Part shown: positions 51,107 to 64,000 of the stretch, piece after piece
Numbering within the stretch: position 1 is the first letter of the stretch
Layout of the letters: every line of letters starts with the position of its first letter
DNA from: Balanoglossus misakiensis
Taxonomy: Eukaryota; Animalia; Hemichordata
Length of the DNA: 64,000 nucleotides
Direction of reading: 5' to 3'
Assembly (NCBI GenBank): GCA_040954595.2
Contig: CM082580.2
Span: 4,826,783 to 4,890,782, forward strand
Position numbers and translations under genes: made by a program
Notes under the pieces: model-generated
What the model was told of the DNA's origin: nothing
Databases searched by the model: none
What the model saw: the letters and a program-made list of their open reading frames with translations, nothing else

Positions 51107-52841
51107 CTATAATCAACGCACTTGGGTGTTTTTGAAATTAACAGTTTGCTGTTCGCAGATCAGTTTTCATAAAAAGCTTACAAATTTTGTCCCCATTAGA
51201 ACCTAATCCCATTGGTTAAATTTCATAATACCTGTGCTCACTCTACACCTTGTCATGTTCACATGTTATTGGCAAAATAATCCAACTTTTTAGTGCATTG
51301 GCATGTTTACTGATTATCCGGCTTGGGAATATCAGTACTGTAGGAACTACCATCCAAACCGACATGTTTTGACTGAAAATAGAAATGAAACCATCTGATA
51401 CTTTTTAAAAACATTGATTTATCTTTTTTTTCAGCTAAGTGTACAGTTCCCATCAAATCCATAACATCACACTGTGAACTGAAACCAGTTATGTCATAAT
51501 GACTAATGTTTACCTGTTGGAGATTATTCTTTCTATTTGAATAATCGAGATAAGACATTGTTATATGGTTCGCACAGCCACAAATCACTGACAAGGGACG
51601 AATATTCAACATGTCGTAGGATCATTAGAAAATTTATAAAAAATTATATTCCAGATAAAAATATTTTAGTCACCATAGTGTTTTATTTTCTGAAATTGTT
51701 CATCGCATGAATTTAACATTCTAACCATGTCACAGAATGATTACATTTTATGTAATAGTTCCGGATTATTTAAAATGTAAACAGATAATGAATGTAATAG
51801 ATTTAGGTTTGTCTGAGCTAGTATTTGAAAAATCTACAAGTCATTACATAGAACATATAGCAATAAACAAATATATTAATTATTTACACTACAGTGTAAT
51901 AAATAAAACAAGAACTTTGAAGTGATATACCACTTGGAAATGTTTGTATTAAACTCTGGTGCTTTTAATAGTAATACTAGAAGTTGACCTACACTGACCT
52001 GATGACCCAGAATATAGTGACTTTTGTTGTGATTGAATGATCATTTATTAAATAAATAAGACATCACTGATACAAGTAGTACCGGCTGAAAATTATCGAC
52101 CATGGTCGTAGACTGAGAATCTTTGGCTGCAAGTACAAGATCACATTTGTATGTCAAGTTCTGTGAACCACGGTTTTCAAATGACAGGACTGTGGTATAT
52201 ATTCATGTACAGAACCAAGTCAGTGATGATACTTAGGTTTTAATGTCAAACACACTGAAAGCTGGCAAAAACAGCGAACTATCAGTATCATGAGCTGAAA
52301 ATTTAATTAGCGGAAAAGGGCACCAATAGAGAGACTTTGTCCCTTTAATGTTGCCACCATATTTTGCTAGTTATAACAACAGAAATGGAGATACATTCCT
52401 GGTTGTGGATGCAACTAATAGTAGCTGAAAATTATCTCTGGGGATTTAGGGTTCAGACATCCAGTCATCATAATTGTAGCCATGCTGGGTTTGGGGGATT
52501 GGAAAGCAGACACTGATCTGAGAGTGCAGCTGATGTCATCGTCATCCTATGGGACTGGCAGCTTGGAAATGCAGTGACCTGCAAGGTTGCAAAAACTTTG
52601 AGGGTGACTAACCCAATAATGCACCGTATAATTGGGTCATGTGTCTGGCAAATTATAACCAGTCAGGTTTCACCTTGTCACTGTTACACTGTCTTGTCAT
52701 GTTCTTATGTAACTGTATGCGTGTGTACTTGGGATATTTTCAGTTTAAAGTAGGTACCTCGAAAATACTTAACTCTATTCTGAATTGCAAAATATACAAC
52801 TTTACATGTAAGTGACAAATCTGTCTACTGTATAAATAGTA

Positions 52842-53042
52842 TACTGTAAAACGGGAAATTTTCGTGAATGATACATTTTCGCGAACTACACGAGAGCCAA
52901 AAAAACGAGAAAAATAAAGAGTCGTCTAAAAATGTTTTTCAGAGATGCATGTAACATTGCAGTGAAATACGAGAACGCAAAAATTAATCGTCGCGTAACA
53001 GTTGCCGCTTTTGATATCACGAAAATTTCCCGTTTTACAGTA
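52842..53042 (-). mobile_element. TA-CTGTAAAAC MITE family, copy 2 (inverted relative to the others)
   Basis: IR tactgtaaaacgggaaattttcgtga; interior is the reverse complement of copies 1, 3 and 4. Confidence 0.87.
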
Positions 53043-53385
53043 GACTAGATAGTCTAAGGTTGTATCAGCATTAACTGATATCAAAACAAAAGTTTTATCG
53101 GTAATTGCTCTTTTTATCAAATGAATATTTACCATTATCCTTGGGATTTGTTCAGAGGCTAATAAACCTTGTTGTGATATCTTGAGTAGAGATATGTTGT
53201 AAAATACGCTGCAGCCATAAAACAAGCCATTCTGATTGTCATTCGAAATAACATTACAAGGTAGCACAGGCTGAATGGATGGTATGCAATGCAAATGAGC
53301 AGTCTCAGGACATTAGTCAGTCTGTGTTATATGTGCCTATCTTGCATACTCATCAACTTTATTCATTGCTGATTGCACTAGCTTG

Positions 53386-53591
53386 TACTGTAAAACGGGT
53401 TATTTTCGCGACAGGAAATTTTCGCGATATCAAAAGAGGCAAGTGTTACGCGAGGATTAATTTTCACATTCTCGTATTACTGCATCGTTATTTCCGAAAA
53501 ACATTTTGCGCGAATTTTTATTTTCACGTTTTTTGGCTCTTGCGTATTTCGTGAAAATTTATTGCTCGCGAAAAAAAAACATTTTACAGTA
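53386..53591 (+). mobile_element. TA-CTGTAAAAC MITE family, copy 3
   Basis: tactgtaaaacgggttattttcgcga ... ttttacagta. Confidence 0.87.
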
Positions 53592-56085
53592 TTTATCCTG
53601 AAAACATGTACACAGTACTGGCCTGACCAGAGATATTCAGTAACTCATGGCAACTTGGATTTCCTCAGTTTTGTTTCTCAAACCTAGACAAATGAGTTTC
53701 CACTTATAGAGTTTGTTCACAGCATTGAAACTCTTGGTTAAAATGCGGGAGACAAAAGGTATATGGTTGCACCTAGAAACTGGTCTATTTTGAATTCCGA
53801 TGAGTTGAAGACCTGAATCTGGATTGTGTCAGCAAAATTATCTGGGATGTGACTGGAATATTTTTGATACCTAGAATCAAAGGATATGACTTGAGAGTAA
53901 ATTATGCAATCAGATCAGTGTCAACAGCAGGGTTAGGAACATCTGCCTGCATTCTCAACAGTTCAACATATTTAACATGATAGCGTTGTAGTTCTGTCAA
54001 CCTTTGACTAGGTTTAAAAAGCAATCAAATTGGAGTTTTAGGTTAATTTGGCCAACAATATAGGCTGGGCTATAACAATTCATCTGTCATCTATCAAACT
54101 ATGTTGAAAACTTTGCAATGGCGCTTTAAAAAGTCACAAAAAAATTTGAATTTAATATGGAAATGGTGAGTTTCTTTCTCACCGGTATGTGTTTCTATGT
54201 TGTTCACTCTAAATACACAATTCAGTTTTGATTTAATTACAAAATTATCAGACCAAGCGATCCATTTTATTATCCTTATCCAACTTTTATTCCAGTAAAG
54301 CCCACTGAAAAGTGAGCACCAGTACATTCAAATACAACCAACACTACCCAAATATGGCTATCAGTACTGAGGCCAATTATACCGTAAATCCAAGAATCAT
54401 GCAGCAAGAATAACGAACAGCATTCCTAGGTTTTCACTCTGACGGAGTCACCTGTATCCGACGTCATTACACAGCGATTGTCCATGATAATCTTTAGGCA
54501 AAATTTGCTGCATGTTGTATGAAATAAACAAAAATTTAATGACATAAATTTAAAAATAAAGCCATTATTTACTCATGACTTAAAATATTAACAGAAATGT
54601 AAATTTAACAAGATCAACCCCAATGATTCTGCCACTATAGAAAGTCCTGGAGGTTTTTTTGTAGGGATCATTGATTTCTGCTTGATAAAATGTTCTGCTT
54701 GATTGCTATTTGTCCAAGAATCTCTTCAGCTAACTTGCTTCAATGCTCGATGTCGCGGGCTAAAGGAGATAATGGAAAGGCCAACTTTTTTTTTCTACAA
54801 CGAGAGATTGTACAGCCATCTGAGCCCCATCATGTATAATGCATTGTCAGCCAATTACATGGGGGCAATTTCTATTTCCAAATTTACTAAACAACCACTT
54901 AATTTTAGCCATGTACGCTTGGCTTGGTTTTGCCCTAATCAGTGCTGCTTTGTAGGGCTTTCTCGTTGAGCAAGACTAGCTCCTGTTCTAGTGAATTCTT
55001 GATTAATTGAAATGATTCATTTGGGCATCTACTGTTCTGAAACATTCCCTTGTACACTGAAGTCACTTTCAGTAAAATCTGAACTGAAGTATTCTTGTTT
55101 TATATCTTACGAAGCCGAGAAATTATAAAGATAATTGTGCATGTTAATTTACCCACTGCTGTAAAATCTGTCTATTTTACCATATCTGAACAATTCAAAT
55201 CATGATGAATTAGAAATGATCCTTATTGCTTGTAAGTTAGATTAATCGTAATACCCAAGTTCTGATAACTGATGTAGGCATGAGCCAGATTCTTTCAAAA
55301 TTCAATTAGAAAGCTAATCAGCTGCTTTTAAATGCACTCAAGCAGTAATCTGTGTTCTGAAAGAGAGAGAGAGTGATATTGATGAGTTTGGTTAAGTAAT
55401 GCACAGTGATGTGTGTTATATTGCTGTGATTAATGACATCAATTTTATCACATTACCATCTGCAGTACAAAAGCTACTTATAGACAAATCAAGAAAAAAA
55501 ACTCTAAAACAAATTTAATTTCTCTGCATGATTGTTGAACATGAAGTATTGGGAAAAAGAAAATATTTAAAGAAAATATGGTATACCAGTTCTAATGAGT
55601 ATTGAAGAGTTTGTGTGAAACAAAAAAGTAATACTCCGTTTTCGAGATCCGGAAAAATGGCAAGAATCAGCTATATTTTGTACAGCCGGAGTGTCTCTAA
55701 AATGAATGGAAAGTTTATACTTTAGATAGATATTGAAATGTATAACCAGTGACCATGCAAGTTACAACTGCAGTCAAACAACAGTTCAAAGAATGAGATC
55801 AAAATACACAGTCTAATGTAAACAATGAAACTGAGTATTGAAACCAAAACTATGATAATTTACACAGCAGACTGGCATGTATGCAGTGGTTGTTTGGTAA
55901 CCGCAAACAACAGTACTATTCTCAAAGATAACTTACACCTGTTCAATGGAATTTATATCATAGCAGATTGCCATAGAGTCACAAAGTTTAATTACATATA
56001 TGGTGCGATCAACATGTGGTTATTATACATTCATGATCCTGCTGCTGATATCACCCTGGAAGGCATATCAATTGTATCTACCCAT

Positions 56086-56120
56086 ACACACACACACACA
56101 CATACATACACACACACACA
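56086..56120. repeat. Interrupted (CA)n microsatellite
   Basis: Direct inspection. Confidence 0.9.
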
Positions 56121-56783
56121 TATTAAGTTGTAATATTATTCCTCGTGACATAAAGCTATATTTGGACCCTCAAAACAACAGTGCCATTACTTGGTGTAAC
56201 TAAGACCATAATGTTAGGTATTTGGAAGTACCATTACCTAAAGTTGTATGTGATATTTTCTGACGCATGGGTATACTGTGCAGGCTGGCTGAGCTAACCA
56301 CGGGGGTTGAAAAGTGTACTGGTGAGAGGTCATGACCTTTGTGATTGGCCTCCAGAGTCCTCTGCAGGACTGTTGGAAACCCCAGCAGATTCATGTTTTG
56401 ATATTCTTATATACATGTACAAAGATTTCAGTGTCTTGTATTTTAACAATACAGATCAGCGTAGTTCAGGAGAATTATTGAAATCTAGGAAATATCAAAG
56501 GTACTAAAAGATTTGTTTTTCAGTCAAGTAGCTACGTACAGAGCTGTAGGCAAACTCTTTACAAAGTCATTCCTTGTATTAAAGTCTGCCATAGGAATTT
56601 AAACACTTTTGAAAAAAAAATTCTGTGTGGTGAGCAATATTGCAATGAATCAGTGAAACCACACCTATATATCCACTGACAAATAGATATAAATACTTAC
56701 CCACTGTGCAATATCGATATGACTAAGTTTCTATTATTAATACAAGTATAAATACATATTTATTTATTTTTTTTTAATCACAG

Positions 56784-56882
56784 GGGAATCGTGTTTGGCT
56801 GTATGAAGACAAGCAGTGCAGAGCTGCTACTGTTGAGAAGGTGGACAGTCAACAAGTGACTTTTTCAACAAACTATGGCGAG
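56784..56882 (+). CDS. MYO10: Myosin-X-like exon 2, N-terminal SH3-like segment (GNRVWLYEDKQCRAATVEKVDSQQVTFSTNYGE)
   Basis: Strong poly-T tract-cag|GGG ... GAG|gtacgt; 99 nt, phase 0/0; ungapped match to recalled human MYO10 GTRVWLRENGQHFPSTVNSCAEGIVVFRTDYGQ. The rest of the gene appears to lie beyond the window. Confidence 0.8.
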
Positions 56883-57648
56883 GTACGTAATTGAGATATT
56901 GGTAATACATTGTAATAATATTCATGTGTGTTTGAATTTTTATCGGGAAAAAGCACAATGTTTATTATTATCATATTAATATCATATTTTGAATGCACAT
57001 GACAAGTTCACCCAGGCTAAGATAATTTCGATCACTACATGTAGCACAGGCATCATTTATATATTGGAGTATATTTGAAATACATGTACCTAACATTTAT
57101 TCTTATACATGTGTATTAAAATCAAGGCCAACCTGAGCCAATGGATTGAACAATTCTCCCAATTCTAAATACGAATATTGCTGTAGTTTTGTAGCATTTT
57201 TTTTTAATGACACAAAAAACGACTTGTATTTGTAACAGTAAGTAAAATTGTACATGTGAATATACACTTTGCACTAGAACATATCCACTGCTTATGAACA
57301 TGGACATATCCATTGTATGACCATAACAATAACATAACAATATGACATGTCATGTTGTATTGTTATGTTCAGAAGCAGCTGGTATGTTGCAGTGCAAAGT
57401 GTTGGTGTGAGTTGAAGGCACCATGTAGAAGTGGATTAATTGAAAACAGAGGGTCTGTGGTTTCAGTTTCAAGTCACTGAGCTGTGTGATTTGCAAATAA
57501 CAGTTCAATAGTACCATGTATACAGTTACACTCTGTGGAGTGTGTGTGCAGAGATTTATGCTTGGGAGCTCATTCAAGTGTTGCTTGCAAACTTTTGCAA
57601 ACTGCAATTGCAGTGTATAAAAGTACCTGTGCTAGGCTGGGCACCAAA

Positions 57649-57856
57649 TACTGTAAAACGGGTTATTTTCGCGACAGGAAATGTTTGCGATATCAAAAGA
57701 GACAACTGTTACGCAAGGATTAATTTTCGCGTTCTCGTATTTCAGTGCATCATAATGTCTGAAAAACATTTTTACTCGACTTTTTATTTTCACGTTTTTT
57801 GGATCTCGCGTATTTCGCGAATATTTATTGCTCACGAAATAACCCATTTTACAGTA
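57649..57856 (+). mobile_element. TA-CTGTAAAAC MITE family, copy 4
   Basis: tactgtaaaacgggttattttcgcga ... cgaaataacccattttacagta. Confidence 0.88.
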
Positions 57857-60800
57857 TGGTTTATAGAAAACATGTAGCTCCGAGGGACCTACGATTTGTT
57901 GGTTACAGCTCGATTCAGGGTGGAAAATGTCAACAAGCGTACAACTGTGAGTGGGCTGCCAGCCAGGATTATAATGACACTGGATGAGTCATCGTGGGGT
58001 TGGAACACAGATGCCTCGAACTGAAAGGGTGTACAATTCAACTTTGTGAAATGTTGACTACAAATGGATCATTCTGGCAGACTCGAGAAAATCCGAAGTC
58101 ATCAGCATTTCGAAAGTTGTAATCTCTTTATAATGATACATGTATTCCTTAGTTTGTGCAGTCAAAATAAAAATCGCCTGCTGTACCATGCGGGCTCCAC
58201 CCTCGTATTTCCAAACATAAGCAAAGCCTTGATTTGGACAAATATTTTTTAAGAAAAAAAAAAAACAAAGTGAATTTTCAATTCAGTGTTGATCTTTGTA
58301 AAAACATGGCTAATTGATTATTCATTCCTGTGAATTTAATTAAAATTTGTGAAAAAAAGACTACATTGGAAAGTTTCCATTGAAGAATAAGGAATCACTT
58401 TGAAATTTTCAATTGCCGTTGTTGATACACCTATAAGAATTCTATGCGTACGCTGACTGGATCAGTGGATGTATTAGAACTTCGCTTTCTTGTCATGTCA
58501 TAAAACGAAGCAGACAGTTGTCTGTGTTGCAGTGTGCAGCCATGTGTCCTTTGAGAGGTTAAATGGAAAACTGTAGTCAAATTGACTACTTTTCATTCCT
58601 CTCCAGGATTTCATGAATGTTTACCCCACTCTGTCAAAGTGCTTTCTACAGAAGTGTCTGGATGTGACTGTTTGTTTTCTGGGACACTGAAGTAGTAATA
58701 AGTGCATTTCAGTAAAAATGTACTTTTTACTGTCTGTACACATACTTGCATCATACTGTAATGTGTAGGTACACTGAACACTTTCCTGTAATTCCACTCA
58801 GGGCAGTGACACAGCAAGAAAATTAATATTTTATGACTTTTCCATTAACCTTTGCTCTACATAATACGCTTAAAATTATGTATTTTCATTTTTCAGTAAT
58901 AAATAGTCAAACTTAGTGTTTTAGGCACTTCCTTTCCAAAGGAAATTATATTTCCTTTTTGTGACTGAAATCAAACCATAGGAGGAGAATTACATTGTCT
59001 TTTTGCAGTTTCTGTATTTGGTAAAGATTAAAATAAGTTTATGATATTTTGATAATTGAAAATAGATATGTGTATTTTTATAGACTGTTATTTGAACACC
59101 TGTGCACTAGTATGTAAGAATCAAATATCCATCGTAAATTATTTTCTCTCAAGTTTTAAAGAAAACAAATCATTTCTAATATTAGTTTGCATCAAGCATT
59201 CCAGAAGGACATCAAGACTCTGGCCAGGGAATACAAAGTATACTTAATATGCATTCAATTTCTCACTTGCTAGGCCTAGTGTAGATAGCGTATGGGTGAC
59301 ACATGACAGATACTAATGGCGTAGTAGAGTGTGTGGGTAATTGGTAATTGTAGAGTTTGGGTGTGTGATGAAACAGTAGGCTGTCAGTGTCAGCCATCAG
59401 TATGGCACACAGGTACAGTTTGTATGGGCAGTGCACGGAGATAGGATCTGACACAGTGTCTGCCCTGAGACCTATGGGATTAATTTACCCTCAACTTTGT
59501 CATCTTTGCGAAATCAACCATTGACCTCTCCGATGCCTCGCTCGGCCCGACTGATTCTTTGAACTGGAAAATTCTGAAGATACAATCAGGACAAGGTGTC
59601 ACTGAGTTTTTTTTTCTGTTTCAATTTCTATCTGTCTGTCGGTTTTGACAGATGGATGGAGAGACTTTTAGTCCTGATGGAAATTTAAGAATAGAGTCGT
59701 TCAGTATTGTAATAACCGCCGAATTGCCTCCCATCAAAGGTTTCTCTGCAATCAGATTGTGATTAAAATGTAATGTCCATCGTTAACATATCCTTTATAG
59801 ATTGGTAAATGTAATATTTCACCAAATTGTTCACATCCTATATCTAATCAACTTTCCATCTTATCTCATGGATGATCCAGGATTATCATCATTTCCCTGA
59901 AGTTTCTGTACTGTTGCTAGGAAACACCGTCATCCCGATATGATATCAAGGGCAAATGATGTTGTTTTCGCGGCTATCTGCATCGTCATGGATACCAATC
60001 AATTTCTGTGATTGTGGTGCTCTGGGGGTTCCTACTTGAAAAGCTTGCTAAAGCATGTTTCTTCCCTCTGGAATTAAAACAAAAAAATTGCCATAGTTAG
60101 GTACCTGCTGTGCGCGTGATGCATTTGAGTAAACACTAAAGATGTTTCACTATTGGCATACAGGAAATAGAAGAGTATTTTTAATAGAGAAGTATGTATA
60201 CCTGTAAGCTACCACTGCTTGGTTTAAATGGATAGAAGTGTAAAATTGTAAATCATAACAGAAGATTTTACTCAAGTCTGTCATATCTATTTTGATAAAT
60301 TGGATTATTTGTATAACTGAGCTCCAATGTTGACAACTGATAAATTTCAGTCCAAACAAAATTTAAAATTCAGATGTTAACAATAACATTGAACTTTACA
60401 CATATACGTATTTTGTTTATAAGCTGAATACTTGGTATAGTCATACTTTAAATAGTGAGTGGAACAAGAAATTAAACTGGTGTTGATAGTCAGACAAGTA
60501 GTGAAATATCAGTAATCTTCAAAAGTGGTAACTACCTTTCCTTTGAGAACAGTTTAGAAAAGGTTACAACATACATGTACCGTGTAGTTGGAGTTACATT
60601 GTAATCTGCCGAGCCTCAAAAGGTATAATCTCGTATAATCTACAGTAGTTTGGAAAGTCCAATCATATAGGTTACGGTATTCATGCATTTGTTGTACATA
60701 TGTTTGAAGACTAATTTTGCAAAGTAATTGATCAATTGGAAATAACCTTTTGCAATCTCCTAGAGGTCAGTCATGAGTGTTGAGAGAGAGTGTACAGGGG

Positions 60801-63800
60801 ACGTTCAGTAATATTCTGCTTTCATTGAAGGTGTTATGTATTTATTTCTCATCCAAACGAAAATTTATAAACTAGCTTTGAATGTTTGTTTAGAGTTTCA
60901 TATTTGAAATCTTGTCAAAATGATAGAAAGCATAATATGTGAAGTTGCGCACTCAAAACAGAAAAATATGTGCTGGCTGAATCATCTCAGATTGCCAATT
61001 TTGATTTCATCCCCAAACAGACTTCATTTATTACACACGGTGACACATGTGCAAACCTGAAGTGATTTTTCCCCCCGTTTTCAGGAAATGCAATTATTTG
61101 GCAGAACGGAATCAAGGCGCTGCAATACATTTGAAGTGACTGATACCTCGTAATGTTGCCACTGGATTTCAAATGTAGCTTGAATCAATCACAGGTGTTA
61201 AATTGATATTATAGATTTACCATTTTGCAGGTTGTGATCATTTCATGTAAATGTATCCCCACCACAACCTTATCATGCAGTGATTTATTTAGGCAGTAAT
61301 TTCTGTGAAGTCTGTCTTGTTTTGTGACGAAGGTTTGTGCTGATGTCTCATGCTGGGAAATAAGTTAAAATTGTCAGTGATCTCATATCTTTTAAATCCT
61401 GTAAATGCACTAAAATAAAAGAGCAACCAGATGCAAAGGGCTTGCCCAGAAAGATAAATTTAGGACAAACCTGTGAAATGCATTCTGGGATGTCAGTGAT
61501 GCATATAGCAAGCTTTTGTCATTGTGTCCCTTCGTGCCTTTGTAACTAGAAGATCTGTCTGTCACTATTTCAAGCTCTTGAGGAATGCCATGATTTCAAT
61601 TTAATCCCGGCATTGTGGCATGATTTATCCTAATGGCAAGAAGGAATAACACACATGATTACCATGCTTGTAGAATACCAAGTGTAATCTGCAGACATTT
61701 ACACTGTCACTGTGTCGCGATTACTCTCATAGTTCAACTGGCCAACATTGCTATCCTATGAAGCTATAAATTTCGCAATTACAACATTTTATGTGAAGAA
61801 AAACAATCTTCTTCCCATTGCATGAACATTCCTCCAAAATTTTGTATCACACTCACAAATTTTTTATTAAAATTTTTTGAGGAAACAGCAACAGAGTAGT
61901 CTTGAGAAAATATTTAATTGAGTATCAATCAGAAACTTTGGTTGTATATTCTCTCTTATGTTCACATACCTGGAAATTCATTGGAAGGAAATGGTATTCA
62001 CTGTTCTTGCAACAGGTTTAGATTGTACGACCACTTTAAAAAAAATTCCCCCCAGAAATTTTAATATGAGTCGATAATCATTTTAAAAAGACATTTGTAC
62101 ATTGAATCAGCAAAATTTTGTTTTGATTTCATTAATTAAATTGAAATGAAGTAGACCCTCCTTGCTATTAAGTGTTTGTAATGTTTGAGTCCACCACCAA
62201 CAGTGCAACCTTTCTTAGCAAAGGGTCTTACAGCCATGTTTCATTACAAAGGGCAGCCTTGCCATAATTTGAAAATTGGCCAAATCCGTAACTTAAAGTG
62301 ACGTTTCCACCCTTTCATTTCCCTTTAAATGTCCACTGATCTGCGTGGATTCTATTTCCTATGGGAATGGGTGTTCACATCCATCAGTCTCACTTCTTGC
62401 AAGGGGGGGGGGGAGGGGGGGGGGTGTACTTGAATACCAGACATGCAAGTCAGTCTAATAAGTGTTTAGCTAGATATACAGTTGCTATTTTTTCCCTGTG
62501 AATTTTTTCGCATCAAATTTAGACATAAACCCGTTTAACCCACATCTCAGGAAAAGTGCAGTGTATGACCATGGATTAAATACCTAAGGTGTGAAATTCA
62601 TCAGGCATTGAACAATTTTCCCGTGAGCCTTTTTCCCAACTACATTAAATTAAAACTATACCATCTACAATTTATACTAAACTTCCTCAAAATAATCAGT
62701 TTGTGAGTTCAACCACACAGCGGGGTGAATCACGCATTTTTGTTGTTTCGAAAATTAAACTCTCATATTGGCACTGTTCCATGCAATTGACATGTTCCTT
62801 TTTAGTAAAGCAGGTACCCAAGACCTTTGACCTTAGCATCCTTGCAGACAATGCAATCACTGGCAGTAATTGAATTTTGCCTCCATACTGGGGTGTGTTT
62901 CAATGTGATGGGAGTATTACTTAATGAGGTCATGTAAGGTCATTTGGAGGACGCAGAAAATCCAAGATTAATTTTTTTCTCTCCACCAAAGTGCAGAGTA
63001 ACTGATCTGGATCCTCCCATTGTTACCGTTATTAAAAGGATGTTTATCTTCCTGTGGATGGGTGTGGGACTAATGGTTTGTCATTCTGTGGTTTAAAAGT
63101 ACTCAGCACATCCATATTCACATATCTGGCAAGTTAAATATCTGTGATGGTTTTTTGCTCAGGCAAATGTTGACAATCTTGTTCTTGAGGTGTGCGTAAA
63201 CCACAAAATTTATTTAAAGTACAATTAGTAGAAATGTACATGTGTACTTTACATGTAAGTAGCGAAGTTTAATGCATGTAAAATTATGAAAAATTGAGGA
63301 ATTCCATTTTACTTTGTTGTTGAAGTTAAATATGACACTGCTTCACGGCCTCTGCACATGATCTAAACAGAAGTTATATCATGAGTGCAGTGACTAAAGT
63401 TGTTACTTGTAAATATGGAAATAAAAAGTAGAAGTAGCTTATGGTTAATAGTAATACAATTTCACCAAAACTTTCTCCTAATTTGTGTGCTGGTTGATCT
63501 TAAGTGCAAAGTTCAACTGATGTACGATTTTATCATTTTAGCAAAGTAAATGGCCTTAAATGCAGCAGTGATATCATTGGGGTTTTGGGGGAGTATCAAT
63601 GCTACAAAATATGAGAACGCTAGGGACTAATGCAATGCATTGTATTTCAGTGAGATTGACCTTTCGAGGTGACCTTTGATGATGACACATTGCAGGAAGG
63701 AAATGATTTCGTGATTACAAAACAGAAGAAGTTTCTGCTCAGTGGCAGGTTTTCATCTCCGTAAATTTTTTTGTACGAATACATAAACATCAGATATTAT

Positions 63801-64000
63801 ATTGCAGCCGTTTGCCTCGTAGTATAGATTAGACAAGTCTTTGTGGCAGGGAGGTTTTTAGAGTTTGAAGATCAAGATCAGTGATCAGTGAAATTGAAAT
63901 GCAATTTTCCAGGCTTAGTGATTCCCACCGGGAATCGATTGATGCACAGCAGGTATATATGTGCATCATATGCATAACTCGCAAATGGAATATGGAATGT

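Noticed and set aside
57900-64000. Search for myosin exon 3 (GVDDM-type motor start)
   Set aside because: Candidate acceptors (~58606, ~61230) give no myosin-like peptide; the exon is presumably beyond the window.

Overview
AT-rich, intron-containing animal genomic DNA, probably an invertebrate deuterostome (inferred from gene structure and repeat style; not provable here). Three genes lie in tandem on the + strand, reconstructed by hand from GT-AG boundaries and reading-frame phase. (1) The last six coding exons of a USP40 ubiquitin-specific protease orthologue (2570-10437). (2) A complete IGF2BP/IMP RNA-binding protein gene (CDS 14125-41441; 2 RRM + 4 KH; 634 aa with, 609 aa without, a candidate 75-nt linker exon), with a 16-kb intron 2 and a ~3.5-kb 3'UTR carrying three let-7 seed matches. 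(3) The first two coding exons of a myosin-X-like gene (46001-46018, 56784-56882). The introns hold many non-autonomous DNA transposons: TA-TSD Tc1/pogo-like MITEs, TTAA-TSD elements, three small 9-bp-TSD inverted-repeat elements and a complete HINE/DINE-like Helentron derivative. The most striking signal is the octamer TACATGTA, seen about 30 times by eye against roughly 2 expected. One copy interrupts one arm of a palindrome exactly at a TA, which supports an origin as a Tc1/mariner excision footprint. Most ORFs in the supplied track are spurious. All counts and alignments were done by eye.
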